Assembly (NCBI RefSeq): GCF_964194025.1
Contig: NC_134477.1
Location: 46,190,001-46,254,000, forward strand
Source: Convolutriloba macropyga
Taxonomy: Eukaryota
Direction of reading: 5' to 3'
DNA length: 64,000 nt
In this document: positions 1 to 14,271 of the stretch, piece after piece
Layout of the letters: the number at the start of each line of letters is the position of its first letter
Numbering within the stretch: position 1 is the stretch's first letter
The notes under the pieces: model-generated
The model's input: the letters and a program-made list of their open reading frames with translations, nothing else
The model's database searches: none
What the model was told of the DNA's origin: nothing
Translations under genes and position numbers: made by a program

Positions 1-3000
1 TCCATAATTTCATTCACTGTAATTTTGCAATTCAAATCAGTTCACTAAATTCTCTTATTGAATTCCGCTCCGCAAGTAAGTGCAAGCAAATTGAATCAGG
101 ATTTCGCATCGCAAATCACCAAGTATTAATTTCTACGTATACTTGCACTACGAATCACTACTCTGAATAAGTAGAGTACGACAGGTGTCATTACAAATAA
201 TCCTTCGTTACATTGGATTTTAAAAAGTGTAGATTTTCATAACACCTTTAAAATCAATCAGTTTGCTGGCTCAATTTATTTATATCGACTAACTCAATTT
301 ACCTATATTGTCCGCCATAAAAAACTTACTGCTGCAAAGGCAATAATAAATGTTGTCTCTTAAACTTCTGGCAGAAAAACGGCTATCTTGCAGGATTCCG
401 ATAAAATTAGGACTTCGTTCCGGATGAGCTGTATTTATCATTTTCATGGTGATAAAACTTGAATATTGTTGATATGTTTGTTTTGCGCACTGTATTTTGC
501 GCACTTTTTTGTTCAAGTTTCGTTTTCTTTTTTTTGCAATAAAGGCAGACGAACTTATTCTGGCTCCGATAAGGGAAACCCTTGAGTATTTAATGTTTAT
601 TCTTCCTTATTGCAAAATTTCTTAAAATAGATTCTGTCTCAATATTGTTGCGGGAATACTCCAAGCTCATTTAGGGCCAAGTTAGAAGACACTGATTAAC
701 TGTGACGAAAGGATTATATAACAAGGTTCCCTCTGAAAGACACAATTTGGACACTTTAGCAGACAAACTAGGCATGTTACAGAAAATATTTATTTTGCAG
801 GAATATGATAACGTTAGCTTGTAGGAATCTGATCAACGCATGATTCACATAAGAGGGAATATAAACCATTACATTTTTATTGTTAATATTTTTCTACTAT
901 TCGTTCAAAAGATTTGATAATAATTTAATGTTCATCATTTTATTATTCGATAATAGGGTGTTTTGGAATTATTTTTGGGCAGCCTGTTTTTGGGCAGCCA
1001 TGGTAACACGAGTTCTTACTAGAGACACTAAAGGCTCCCGGGTCCAATTTCCATCAACAAAATTACTTGTAAGATTATCAATGTAATCCGGGCAGGCTTC
1101 ATATAGCATATTCAAAAGTTATTAGTATTATTTGTGGTTGAATTTGATGTGCGAGCAAACTGGGGATAATAATTCCTATAGGTGATAGTTACTCAACTAA
1201 CTTTGTGCGTAAGATATAAGAACTGATTGCATACGGACATTCATAAATCTTAATTCTGGATTGTATTTTACAGCCCTCACTCACAGTCCATTCACGCACT
1301 AAAAGGGGCTTTCTACAGCATAAAAATACGAACACGAAACAAAAAATTGAGGGAAGTGCTGCCACCAAAAAACGACAAATTTTTACCATTTGAACAGATT
1401 AAAATGAGAAACGACAAACCTGCAAAAACTGACCGTTAAATAACAATTTTGTCAATTTTATAAAATTTGTTAATGCAAAACTTTAAAACTTTTGATAGAT
1501 AGCAGAAAAATTAATTAACTCAAATTGCAACTAGAACAGATATTTATGTGTTACTTCATTTTGTTATCAACGAAAGGAACTAGATAACTAGTTGACCAAA
1601 ATTTTCATAGGATAGCAGTTGTTTTTCGGTGGTCAGATCAAACTGCAAAACATTTCATATTTTATTAATCATCTATTTTTTAGTTATGATAACCAGTAAA
1701 TATATCGCTATTATTTATTTAACCGGGCACCTCGTATTAATTTGTAAATATTGTTATTATTTATGCTTCGAAAATTGTTTTTTACAATTTTCTTTCTCGA
1801 TGTAAGGGGTATGTGATACCTGATGTATCTTTATTTTATTAATTCCTTTGATGCAGTATATTTTATATGATGCCTTAAATTTAGTTCATTTATTTAACCT
1901 TCATATTTTGTTCAGTTCGTGTCTTGTGATCTGCCGTTAACTTTCTGCTTAGTTTCCCGCCCCGTGATCAGACATGTCTGATCACGCATTCACGTTGTTT
2001 ATGAGTGTTCATATTTCCATAATTTCATTCACTGTAATTTTGCAATTCAAATCAGTTCACTAAATTGTCTTATTGAATTCCGCTCCGCAAGTAAGTGCAA
2101 GCAAATTGAATCAGGATTTCGCATCGCAAATCACCAAGTATTAATTTCTACGTATACTTGCACTACGAATCACTACTCTGAATAAGTAGAGTACGACAGG
2201 TGCCATTACAAATAAACCTTCGTTACATTGGATTTAAAAAAGTGTAGATTTTCATAACACCTTTAAAATCACTCAGTTTGCTGGCTCAATTCATTTATAT
2301 CGACTAACTCAATTTACCTATATTGTCCGCCATAAAAAACTTACTGCTGCAAAGGCAATAATTAATGTTGTCTCGTAAACTTCTGGCAGAAAAACGGCTA
2401 TCTTGCAGGATTCCGATAAAATTAAGACTTCGTTCCGGATGAGCTGTATTTATCATTTTCATGGTGATAAAACTTGAATATTGTTGATATGTTTGTTTTG
2501 CGCACTGTATTTTGCGCACTTTTTTTGTTCAAGTTTCGTTTTCTTTTTTTTGCAATAAAGGCAGACGAACTTATTCTGGCTCCGATAAGGGAAACCCTTG
2601 AGTATTTAATGTTTATTCTTCCTTATTGCAAAATTTCTTAAAATAGATTCTGTCTCAATATTGTTGCGGGAATACTCCAAGCTCATTTAGGGCCAAGTTA
2701 GAAGACACTGATTAACTGTGACGAAAGGATTATATAACAAGGTTCCCTCTGAAAGACACAATTTGGACACTTTAGCAGACAAACTAGGCATGTTACAGAA
2801 AATATTTATTTTGCAGGAATATGATAACGTTAGCTTGTAGGAATCTGATCAACGCATGATTCACATAAGAGGGAATATAAACCATTACATTTTTATTGTT
2901 AATATTTTTCTACTATTCGTTCAAAAGATTTGATAATAATTTAATGTTCATCATTTTATTATTCGATAATAGGGTGTTTTGGAATTATTTTTGGGCAGCC

Positions 3001-3655
3001 TGTTTTTGGGCAGCCATGGTAACACGAGTTCTTACTAGAGACACTAAAGGCTCCCGGGTCCAATTTCCATCAACAAAATTACTTGTAAGATTATCAATGT
3101 AATCCGGGCAGGCTTCATATAGCATATTCAAAAGTTATTAGTATTATTTGTGGTTGAATTTGATGTGCGAGCAAACTGGGGATAATAATTCCTATAGGTG
3201 ATAGTTACTCAACTAACTTTGTGCGTAAGATATAAGAACTGATTGCATACGGACATTCATAAATCTTAATTCTGGATTGTATTTTACAGCCCTCACTCAC
3301 AGTCCATTCACGCACTAAAAGGGGCTTTCTACAGCATAAAAATACGAACACGAAACAAAAAATTGAGGGAAGTGCTGCCACCAAAAAACGACAAATTTTT
3401 ACCATTTGAACAGATTAAAATGAGAAACGACAAACCTGCAAAAACTGACCGTTAAATAACCTTTTTGTCAATTTTATAAAATTTGTTAATGCAAAACTTT
3501 AAAACTTTTGATAGATAGCAGAAAAATTAATTAACTCAAATTGCAACTAGAACAGATATTTATGTGTTACTTCATTTTGTTATCAACGAAAGGAACTATG
3601 TAACTAGTTGACCAAAACTTTCATAGGATAGCTGTTGTTTTTCGGTGGTCAGATC
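1..3655. repeat. Near-identical direct duplication, period about 2015 bp (1-1639 repeated at 2016-3655)
   Basis: TCCATAATTTCATTCACTG starts at 1 and at 2016. The copies match until GGTCAGATC (1639/3655). The ORF track shows identical spurious ORFs offset by about 2016. Only scattered substitutions. Confidence 0.95.
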
Positions 3656-4283
3656 TGGAAACTTTTTATATCTATTGGGACAAATTTTGGAGGTATAAAA
3701 CTGTAATTCGTCAAAAATGCCCAGGCTTTGCTGGAAGCGCCAAATAAATGACAAAAACTATGCAGTAATATCAGTTAATGAGGTAAAAATTTTTCAACAA
3801 GAGGCTAAATGCGCTGAAAAGAAAAAAGTAGCTTTTAAGCGTTTATCTCGCATAACTAAACGCTCAATATAGCGTTGACTTAAGAGAAAATTTTTGCTAA
3901 AATTTTTGAGTAATTTGGCAATAGTTGTACATAGTTAAGCGCTTAATTTAGCGTTGAATTACTCCATTTGTCCGCCTTAGAAGTGCACTCAGTAGTATGA
4001 TTCATAAAGAAAACAATTTCATTGAAAGCTAAGGTTGAGTGACAACGTATTGGGTTTCAACCATCAGGACAAAAATGTAAGTTGACAGTTTTTCTGACAT
4101 AATTGTTGAATAATACTTAAGCTCTGTATTCTCTGGCAATTATATTATTAAACGATAGTTCCTTATCTTACATTTTTTTCATAATGCTACCTGGGTAACC
4201 ATTTCTGTAGATGAAATTTTTGCGAAGGTAAGATGATGAAAGTTTTGCTCGAAAGTATTTTGGTCCATAAGAAGACTATTCAC

Positions 4284-4876
4284 CTGGAAAGTGTTGGTAT
4301 TAACAATATCAATCGGCCGATCACCCACATGATACCAAGTTGCAATGTATCCAAAGTTAGCATCAAATTTTGGATCTTGTAGCTTGAATATTACAGTTGA
4401 CAAGTCATTATCCGACATCCGTCGATATGAGACCTCGGCACCATCAATATCTCGTTTCTGTCGCGTACCCGAGACAAATTTGTTCTGAATCAAAGCCGGC
4501 GCAATTATGTACTCTCTCAAGTCGAAAAAATCTGAGGGAGTGATTGAAATTGCAGACGCATTTTTGCAATCAAGCACAACATAGCCATCGTTGCATATAC
4601 AAACTTTATTAAATTGAATGTCGAATAATTTAACGTTGTTGCTCAGCTGGACAGGATCCGAACATATGCCATCAGTGAGTGGATTCAAACTATTACCAGC
4701 GTCATCACCAATCGGAAAATCAGCGCAGAAACTGTCCGGGTTAAGAGGTATGATTGGGTCACGTGATCCCCTTTGGTCCAATTCAAACAACCAGGTTCTA
4801 GTGTAATCGTTATTATTTGTTGTCGGCAAATGTGTCACATTCTCTGTTCCAGATCCCTTCACTTCCCACAGTGTTA
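4284..4876 (-). CDS. NIDO-like protein paralogue A, exon 2 (593 nt)
   Basis: Acceptor TTTTTTTAG| at 4877-4878 and donor CAG|GTGAAT at 4283. Translation includes IIAP...YRR...YIATWYHV...NTFQ, typical of NIDO domains. Same length and boundaries as the paralogous exon 37801-38393. Confidence 0.85.
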
Positions 4877-6019
4877 CTAAAAAAATAAGATTTCAATCAA
4901 ACAAACAGAAATAGAAGCTCTCTAAAACTCTCTCGTGTAAAATCACACGATTTCTTTCGTGTGATCAAAATTCATGCAATTTTTCGTGCGGAAAAAGCGT
5001 CTTGTGTAATTTCACATGAAAAAATCTTCCACGTATGATGAAAAATTACATGAACACTTACTCTGCTTTAAGTGTTGAAATATCATTCCATTTGAAATGT
5101 CATTCCAAGTGCAACAAAATCTAAATCTCACAAAATACAAAGCAATCAGTATGCCTGCCCATAACAATTCAAATATCACACTACAAAACGACATTCGACA
5201 AACAATCCAACCACCCCAATCTGCAACAGAACTATTCTTGAAATTTTTCAGGTGGACAGCGAATGATCAGACACCGGAAAACATTTTTAATTGATGGAAC
5301 GGAGGCCCATCTCCTCTATAAAACCGACGATTTAGATGACATCAAGAAAGTAAATGTGAAAGATATAACAAAAAAATAAGCGCAATGGGAATTAAGGGAC
5401 TAGATAATTGGTGCTGCAAACTACAAAACAAACAGTTCAAAGTAACAATCTAAAACTTATATGATTGCTCACAATTTTAAAGAAAAGAGCAGAAAGAAAA
5501 CAACGCAACCGGGTTGTTGATAAACAGCTTCACATGACATAATTGCAATAATTATGACAACTTTTCAGCCCGTTAGACCGTAACACTGAGTGTTATTTGA
5601 CTACTGCTCACCTGCAGAAGAACACTGACTGCAGCCTAACTAGTTTCAAAAAGACGTAAGTTGTAATTTATCAAACTTTTATTTTAAATAGCATTAATAA
5701 TTGAGTAGAAATATTAAGAAACGGTATTTACTGCTCTTCCGAATCAGTCAAAAACTTAGCTTTGCTTTTTTTGTTTGAAAACGTCAGCGCAATAATAACA
5801 GCGTCAAATCCATTATGCAATCTAACTTTTAAGTAATGAATTTGTTTAGAAAAACTAAATATTCACAGACGCATCTTACTTGAGTCTGTAACACAAATTT
5901 TTAATCTGAATTTTATTAGACATCTTCAACTATCTTTAATCCTGTTATCTACCATTTTTCTCCAATTACTTCAATGAAATAAATCAGTTATATTATTGTT
6001 CAACCCTTCCGTTTTTTTT

Positions 6020-6460
6020 ACCCTGGTGGCACTTTATATGTTGTTATATAGCACACCCAGGTTAAAGTCCAGACCAAAATGGCCTCTGATCAGACCTTCC
6101 CAGACGAAAGCGACCTCTGATCAGACCGAACCAGACCGAATTGTCCTCTGATCAGGCTAATGTGCGCTTGAAAGTCACTCCCTGATCAGACTAGTGTGCG
6201 CTCAAAACCACCTCTGATCAGACTGAAGTGCGCTCGAAATCTACTCTAATCCGACTGAATTGCGCTTGGAATTGCCTATATGATCAGACTAAAGTGCACT
6301 AGAAATCGCTTCTTACCAGACTAAAGCGCGCTCAAAGTGGCCCCTCATTACACTAAAATGCATTCAAAATAGTCCGACCAGAGGATGATTTTGAACATGA
6401 ACAAATCTGGGGCACAAAAGTTATATGCCCAATAAGCTGAGGGGCATATATATCCACTAG
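6020..6460 (+). mobile_element. Probable non-autonomous Helitron relic (3' end defined, 5' end uncertain)
   Basis: Hairpin TATATGCCC (6422-6430)/GGGCATATA (6442-6450), followed by TATCCA-CTAG (6457-6460) and then T, is the canonical Helitron 3' terminus. The minisatellite lies just upstream. The start coordinate is approximate. Confidence 0.5.
6066..6375. repeat. Degenerate 31-34 bp minisatellite with palindromic TCTGATCAGA core (about 9 units)
   Basis: Cores at about 6085, 6116, 6147, 6181, 6213, 6245, 6279, 6311 and 6343. The intervening parts are also related to each other (CTAAAGTGCGCTCAAA-like). Confidence 0.85.
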
Positions 6461-7849
6461 TCAACTACTGCAGCGTTTTTCATCTCATGTTTTTCTGCGT
6501 TCTACAGAAACAGATTTCAAGTACAAAATTTTTTGAACTAAAATTAGAGCATTCGATTGCAATGTTGCAGAACGTAACTATGTAACAACTGTTGAAAAAA
6601 CAATTCTCAGATTGCCAAATTTAATCACATTTTTGTAAACCGTGAAACTAAAGTTTGGTGAAACAAGACTTCATTGTCGAGGCCTTAATAATTTTGCTAG
6701 TCCTAAAACGATATAAGCTGAAACATTGTCAATAGCTTGTTGATGTTATTTTTTTCCTCTAGAGTTATGAAACTAGTAAAACACGTGTTTTGACAATGCC
6801 ATAAGATAGTGAACCAAACTATGATTCCCACATCCTCTGAGCTCATTGCAACTTTCGGCCAAGTTGCACACAGTATGCTTTCTAACAAATGTCCGAAAAT
6901 TCATTGGTCGTGAAACCAATTTTTTTGCTCAAAGCGAAAGTATTTCAAAACGTCACTTTTCGGCAGCAATGACGGTTTGAGCGGTCAATCTACTTTTTTT
7001 TCAGAAAACATTTTTGTTTTTTCTGTTTGCTGTATCAAATTGAAAAATGATAAGATCAACTTTTTTTTAAAAAAATTGAACTCACTGGATCATATTAACA
7101 ACCAATTCGGAATAGTTTACGCCAAAAAATCGTAGTTTAAAGTTTTGAATGAATCGCAACACCACATTTTTTATCAAAATATAGGCAGCAGTGTAGAAAT
7201 AAGAAACGGATGTAAAACTCAAGTAAAATATTGCAAATTTTTTTGTGAATCACCTGAGATAGTAAGTTCACCCCAAATCACTTTTCAAAATGGCTTTTCA
7301 AAATGGCAAAATTTTCCAAGCCAAACGGTCGAGAAACTATTGACAAAACAGTGGTTTATAAATAAAAAAAAAGGTTATTGCTGTTTATTTTCAACTACAA
7401 AAAATTCATTGCTCACAATTTCATAATTAAGTGCTGTCATGGCTTTCCAATTCATTTTCAGTCGAACTCTAGAAGCTCAAATCATTTTAATTTAAAAATA
7501 TGTTTAAAGAATTGAAGGTTTGCTGGAGAATCAGAAATAAGGATAGCTAGGAAAATACAACTTAAAAAATTATCTTGCAGCTGTTTTTTAATCCTTGTGG
7601 AAAAATTGACAACACTTTTTTCAAATTTCAAAAAAAAATAAGAAATTGTGGGAAATTTCTACTGGCTTCTTTGGATTTTACACAGTGTTGTTTTTAAAAT
7701 CTTTGAAAGAAAATCTTCGGTTTCTTCTGGCTAAAAAAAACTATAAGTATACGCAAAACTGAGGGTTGATGTCGTACATAGAAGCACTGTAGATTTTCAA
7801 TGTGCAATCTATAAAATAATAGAAAAAGGGACAAAAACTATTGTCTAAC

Positions 7850-8375
7850 TGTCTGGTCCGTTCATTCCAAAGCGCATGTATTGTCCATTATCAACTATTT
7901 GGGTAAGGCTGGCGATATCGAACTCAAACAAGCACCTCTTCACGCCCATACCATCAGTGCCACAAGATATGAAAATTTGCCTGTTCCCACTGGTAAAATC
8001 CCACACAGCTCCGATCTCGAACCCGTAATTGTAACAAGGTATCGCATCTCTAAAGTAATTTGGATTGTCAATTGTTTTCAGTACAGCTGATTTGCTGTCA
8101 TCCGAATCAAACAGAGCAGCCGCAATAACTGTGGTTGGAGGGTCCAGCAAATCATTTGGGTTCTTCAAATTGGCAGATTGCCCGGCGACTGTTATGTAGC
8201 CATCGTGGCACAGGTAGATTGAAGTTACAGTCGTGGTTCCCACTTTGAACGATTCCGGTAACACGTAAGGTTCCGAAGCACATCCTTGAGCGTTTGTTAC
8301 AGTCGCTACAATTGCGTCGTCCGCAAATGCAGTAGCGATGACCAATGCACTGAAGGCCAGCTTTAGAAAATTCAT
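7850..8375 (-). CDS. NIDO-like protein paralogue A, exon 1 (signal peptide plus first NIDO-like domain)
   Basis: MNFLKLAFSALVIATAFA|DD is a signal-peptide-like start. Homologous to 44407-44947. Phase-1 donor A|GTTAGA sits at the same position as A|GTAAGT in the paralogue and is in phase with the exon at 4876. Exons 3-4 were not found in 1-4283 and presumably lie left of the window. Confidence 0.8.
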
Positions 8376-9191
8376 ATCGTTTCAGTTTATCAGCAATAAT
8401 TTTCTTCAATAACCAACTTTTGCGTGCTTTCAAAAGCGTTTCTACGATGATTCTACAACTATTTAAAAATGCTTTAACTGCAAAATAAGTAGACCTGCTG
8501 TCTCAAAGTATTGTAACAAACTGGTTTTTCTCGAATGGTTTTTGTCTTTTTTCACAATTCTTCGTTTATCAAACTGCCGGCCAATCACATTAGTTCCAAT
8601 TTCTGTAGTAAACTGATAGCTAACAAAAACGTTCAAATTTTGCATTATTTTCATGTTGATCAGAAGTATAATTTTACATATGGTCGGTCTGGTTTATGAG
8701 CAGCTGCCGGCATTAAAAATTAATTTGCTGAAAGTTTTCTGTTGTTTACTTAATTTTCAACCAAACGGTGAACTAAAATTTTTGTGTTTGTCGGCTATAT
8801 CACAAGCCATGACATGACCGTGCAAAGATAAGAACACTTCTTTTTAATGTAAGTTGTCTTCAAATCGATAGAACGATAGAAAGTTTTCTCCTGTTTTCCT
8901 TGTGTTTTTTAAATCGTTTATATTCAACTTCTGAATAATGAAAAAAAATTAAATTTGTGTTGTCTTTGTCTCGAAGTCAAATTAATATTGTGGCGGAATA
9001 GGGGAGGGGATGAATTTCTTCTCATTGCCCATATTTTTCCAGTCAGCAATTGCTGTATTTCCCATTGAAAAATATAAGCAATATAAACTGAAAAGCATAT
9101 AGATCAGATAATAATTAATTATAAGGGTTTTTTAGAAGAAGCTATCCAGGTTTTTTGAAATATTTACTACTGATCTGTTACTGGATTATCT

Positions 9192-11985
9192 GCACCAATC
9201 AAAAACTATCCTACTTGCACGCTCAAAAATGATAGTGAGTGTTTTGGAGACAATAAGGGCTACAGTTTCAGGTTCACTTCGTATTTCCTCCGACTGTGTC
9301 AAGCTAATTTGCCCGTTTGTTTAAGATATACTTCCCATTTAACTTATTTCGCGCAAAGCAGGTAAAAAAAACCAGAATTGAGGTTGTTCTTCAAACGGAA
9401 GTTGATAGGTTTCTGCAACTTTTCACCTATTTTGGTTAAAACTCATGCTGGTAGCACACACCATTAATAAATGTGGCAGGCAGAACATCTGGAAGCTCTC
9501 ACTCAAGTATTCAGACGTGAAGACCGTTTTCCATATTGAGCTACTTACAAAGTTCAATGACATTGCTTTAATATGAACGAAGTGACTGTTAACTTTAGAC
9601 CTTTTAATCTTTGGTATGGATAAGACGGAAAAGAAAAAAAGTTCATTTTTCGTATTCCATTCTTTTTTAAAAATCTTCAAAAATAAAACTGACAATATTT
9701 TCAGGAGAAAATGCTTGTTTTAAAATGTTTTTTCGTCCCCTTATTGTAAAATAGACATTCTACGGGTTTGTATACTCTGATTGAAGCCAAATAGAGACAT
9801 GCATTACTACTTTGTCAAAAAGGTTAAGCAGCGGACGTCAAAATGGCTTGTTTTGTGACTATGTCGAGTAAAAAGATCTCATGTTCAGCACATAAAGTTG
9901 TAGCCTACAAACTAAAAGGTATCACAAAAAAACGATACCCGCTTTGATTACCTTAAGAGTTAAAAAAGATAGACAAAAACCAAAATTAAAACCCAAATTT
10001 AAAAAACTGTTCCCTGTCGGTGTAGAACTAAAACTAAAGAACTTCCAAGTGATGATATGCATAGATTTTTCATTGAATTGTGGGGGAAATCTTTTGCGTT
10101 ATTTTTGAGTCATAGAAAGATAAATTAGACTAAACTATTCTTTTTAATACATAATTTAATTAGTCTGATCATCCGTCGTTGTGACATTGGAAAACGACCA
10201 ATGGAAGCAACCTTAGTGTTTGACAGTGGGCAGAAACTGAGAGATTTTAATTTGGAAAAATTTTAAATCTCTCAGACTCTAAATTAAAAATCGGCAGCCT
10301 TTTCTTTTTTAATGTCTAATCAATCATTGACACCAAAAAATCTCACAAGTAGAAGTACAGCAAATTTATTAAAACATTTTTCAGTGACAAAAGTAGACAA
10401 ACAAATCAAAAGCTATTTATTGAAGAGTTTTCGAAATTTACTTTTTGAAATTGTCTCCAAGTTAATTATTAACGTTATTGTGAACGTACAAAAAAATTTA
10501 AACCACGAATGACTTAGATTACAAAACCTAGATTAGACGCAGTATTACAAATCTAGCCAATATATTTTTGATGAATCAATTCTATGAGCACCAATCAAAA
10601 ACTATCATACATGCACACTCAAAATTGATAGTGAGTGTTTTGGAGACAATAATGGCAACAGTTTGAGTTTCAGTTCGTTTTTCCTCCGACTGTGTCGAGT
10701 TAAATTGCCCTCTTTTTTAAGATATACTTCCCATTAATAAACTTATTTTGCGCAAAGCAGGTAGAAAAAAAACAGAATTGAGGTTGTTCTTCATCACTCT
10801 GTAACGGAAGTTGATAGGTTTCTGCAACTCTTTACCTATTTTGGTTAAAACTCATGCTGGTAGCCAACACCATTTATAAATTTGTCAGGCAAAGCATCTG
10901 GAATCTCTCAATCAAGTATTCAGACGTTGAGAACTTTTTCCATATTGAGCTACTTACAAAGTTCAATGACTTTGCTTAAATATGAATGAATTGACTGTTA
11001 ACTTAAGACCTTTCAATCTTTTGGTATGGATAAGACGGAAAAGAAAAATTCATTTTCCTTATTCCATTCTTTTTTAAAGTCTTCAAAAATAAAACCGACA
11101 ATATTTTCAGGAGAAAATGCTTTTTAAAATGTTTTTTCGTCGTCTTAATGTGAAATAGACATTCTATGGGTTTGCAAACTCTGATTGAAGAGAGACATGC
11201 ATTGATATTTTGTCAAAAAGGTTAGGCCGCGGACTTCAAAATGGCTTCTTTTGTGACTATGTGGAGAAAAGATCTCATGTTCAGCACATAAAGTTGTAGC
11301 CTACAAACTAAAAGGTATCACAAAAAAACGATACCCGCTTTGATTACCTTAAGAGTTAAAAAAGATAGACAAAAACCCAAATTAAAAACCAAATTTAAAA
11401 ACTGTTCCGTGTTGGTGTAGAACTAAAACTAAAGAACTTCCAAGTGATGATATGCATAGATTTTTCATTGAATTGTGGGGGAAATCTTTTGCGTTATTTT
11501 TGAGTCATAGAAAGATAAATTAGACTTAACTATTCTTTTTAATACATAATTTAATTAGTCTAATCATCCATCGTTGTGACATTTGAAAACGACCAATGGA
11601 AGCAACCTTAGTGTTTGACAGTGGGCAGAAACTGAGAGATTTTAATTTGGAAAATTTTTAAATCTCTCAGACTCTAAATGAAAAATCGGCAGCCTTTTCC
11701 TTTTTAATGTCTAATCAATCAATGACACTAAAAAATCTCACAAATTGAAGTACAGCAAATTTATTAAAACATTTTTCAGTGACAAATATAGACAAACAAA
11801 TCAAAAGCTATTTATTGAAGAGTTTGCGAAATTTACTTTTTGAAATTGTCTCCAAGTTAATGATTAATGTTATTGTTAATGTACCAAAAAATTAATACCT
11901 CGTATGGCTTAGATTACAAAACTTAGATTAGACGCAGTATTACAAATCTAGCCAGTATATTTTTGATGAATCAGTTCTATGAGCA
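9192..11985. repeat. Head-to-tail tandem duplication, unit about 1396 bp
   Basis: GCACCAATCAAAAACTATC at 9192 and 10588. Both units end TCTATGAGCA. Moderately diverged, with small indels. Confidence 0.93.
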
Positions 11986-12002
11986 TTCCTACTTCATTTG
12001 AA

Positions 12003-12003
<1 letters not shown>

Positions 12004-12057
<54 letters not shown>

Positions 12058-12196
12058 TATAANNNNNNNNNNNNNNNNNNNNNNNNNNNNNNNNNNNNNN
12101 NNNNNNNNNNNNNNNNNNNNNNNNNNNNNNNNNNNNNNNNNNNNNNNNNNNNNNNNNNNNNNNNNNNNNNNNNNNNNNNNNNNNNNNNNNNNNNNN
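12004..12196. other. (TA)n microsatellite followed by assembly gap (N 12063-12196)
   Basis: About 24 TA units, then 134 N. Confidence 0.98.
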
Positions 12197-14271
12197 ATTA
12201 TTATATATTTTATTGTACATATATTGTAATCGAAAAAATTTAGCCTCTATAAATTTTTGGTTTGTGGGTACAAAAATTGTCTAGAACGGCGAGCCTCCCG
12301 CTCCCTCGCCAGCTGGACTGCCCATTTGCCTATCAGGCTCTTCCTGTTGCTATGCTGCAATCGGTTTCATTTCAGCAACATGCTTTACTTCGGAGTGAGA
12401 GCAATAGAGATCACTCAAAAATGAAGAACCAAAGCGTAAAAAATTCAGTTGAGAAGTAAAAAAATGTTCGAGAAGAAAAGCGCAGAAAGCTCAAGCAAAA
12501 AATTTGCATAAATAAGACCAACACGTTTAGACTAATTGCTACGAACTTGTGCGTTTCTTGATTTGTGCCGTTTCTTTTGACGCCATTCAAGTGCATAAAA
12601 TTTATGTGGTATCTTTTTCTCAGCTAGTATTGAAGTTTCATAGCAATAAGCGAAGAAGGTGAATATTAGCTAAAGTTGCAGCTTCTGGAACGAAAGTTCA
12701 AACTTATCTGCCAGTTTCTACCTTCCGGTAAACACTAAGTTTGCATGAACACATTAGTCATTTTCTAAAGTCACACCTATGGATGATCAGACCAATTAAA
12801 CCTTGTAATCAAATTCAAAAACGGTAAAAATTGAGCAAAGAACGCTCAAATTAAATTAATTATTTTTGAATTCCATGTTCTAAATTATTCAATTTATTTC
12901 AAACTTTCCATTATGGGCTCTTGTGTTTTTATTTCATGAAGGAGACTACGTTTTGTATTAAGTGGATTAAAATTGACCTAAGTTCTTCAAGTTTGCAATT
13001 TTTGGTACATTTCGTATCAATTTTAAACTATATCGCATTTGAAAGCTCTACAAGAGGAACAAATTTTGTTCAATTTAGAAGCTCTTGTTCGACAACTTCT
13101 GCAGCAGTTTGATATGAGGGCCTTCAATGAGAGGATAATGAAGAGATGGTTGCCAACAACTCACTTCAAATAACACAGTTCTTGCCTTTTTGTTCTAGTA
13201 CCATTTGGTCAAATAGATTGCAGCAACATAGAAAACAAAACTTAAATTCGAAAAACCTAATTTGTAATTTTTCATCAAGTCTATCATCAATTTCAATTTT
13301 CTAGATATTACAAAATTCTAGAGGCTGGAAATTTCTTTTGACGGACGTTAGGGTTCTTTAGAAGGGTAAAAAGGTTCATTTGATGTTTGAATGTCATATT
13401 TGCCTAGATTCTAATTTGCACAAAGACACCACCAACAACACATCTTTTCTGAAATCTTCTAATTGTTTTAATTTTTTTATATGAGGCGAGAGATCAAAAT
13501 TTTTTAGGTTCAACTTAATTAAATTGCACAAAAATGAAAACAATAAACTCATAATAACTGCCTCACTTATGTATTATGGGAGTTTATGTTAGAAGTGTAA
13601 ATTTTTAGTTCTAGATACAGAAAGATCTATTTGGTTAGTTCTACAACACAATTAAAGTCACCTAGTAACAATTATCGCCCATTTTTTTTACCTCATTATC
13701 ATCAATTCTGATCAGTTTTCAGGATAAGTTGAACTGAAAAGGCAAAAGGACGGCTTGTGAGAGACTGTACGTATTGTCGAATGTTCCAACATACGTCTCA
13801 AGTTCGTCAAAAATTATTTTTTGCTGAGATGAAAGTTTCTGTTGCAAAGTTTTTTCAAATTTGCAAAACTCAATTTAACCACTTATTCGGATTAAATTTG
13901 AGTACAATTTTCATAAAACATTTTTAAAATCAGAATTCTTATTGTGTCATAGTTTTCCCAGATGAAAAAACACATGGACTCACAATTATTTTGCCTTGTA
14001 AAACAACTTTTTACAGAAATTTAAAGCTCAATAAGAGCAATCAGTAACAGAAATTTTATTTTTAAAAATAGCCAGTAAGCTGCGAAACAAAATGCTTTGA
14101 TCAGTTTAAAAGCTAGGAAACGCAGACAATTGAGTTATTGGACAAGATCTTAGCGATTCCGATAAGAGCTGAAAAAGAGTAATTGAGAATTAAAATCACA
14201 AAATTGAATAAATTTTCCGATTTCCTTTTTTTCATAGAAAATATACCATATTGATAAAACTTCGAATCGAG

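Noticed and set aside
289-3405. Pairs of identical small ORFs
   Set aside because: They are a by-product of the recent 2-kb duplication, with no motifs and no match to NIDO exons 3-4.
4179-4283. C-terminal extensions of the ORF-track NIDO ORFs (also 37747-37800 and 44303-44406)
   Set aside because: Paralogue similarity stops exactly at GT donors, so the extensions are intron read-through.
6066-6375. CRISPR-like array (regularly spaced palindromic cores)
   Set aside because: The period is only 31-34 bp, the spacers are homologous to each other, there are no cas genes, and the context is a eukaryotic intron.
11948-12243. ORFs with YIYIYI and X runs
   Set aside because: They are translations of the TA microsatellite and the N gap.
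12280-12312. GC hairpin GGCGAG...CTCGCC next to CTAG as a minus-strand Helitron end
   Set aside because: CTAG is followed by A rather than T, and there is no other support.
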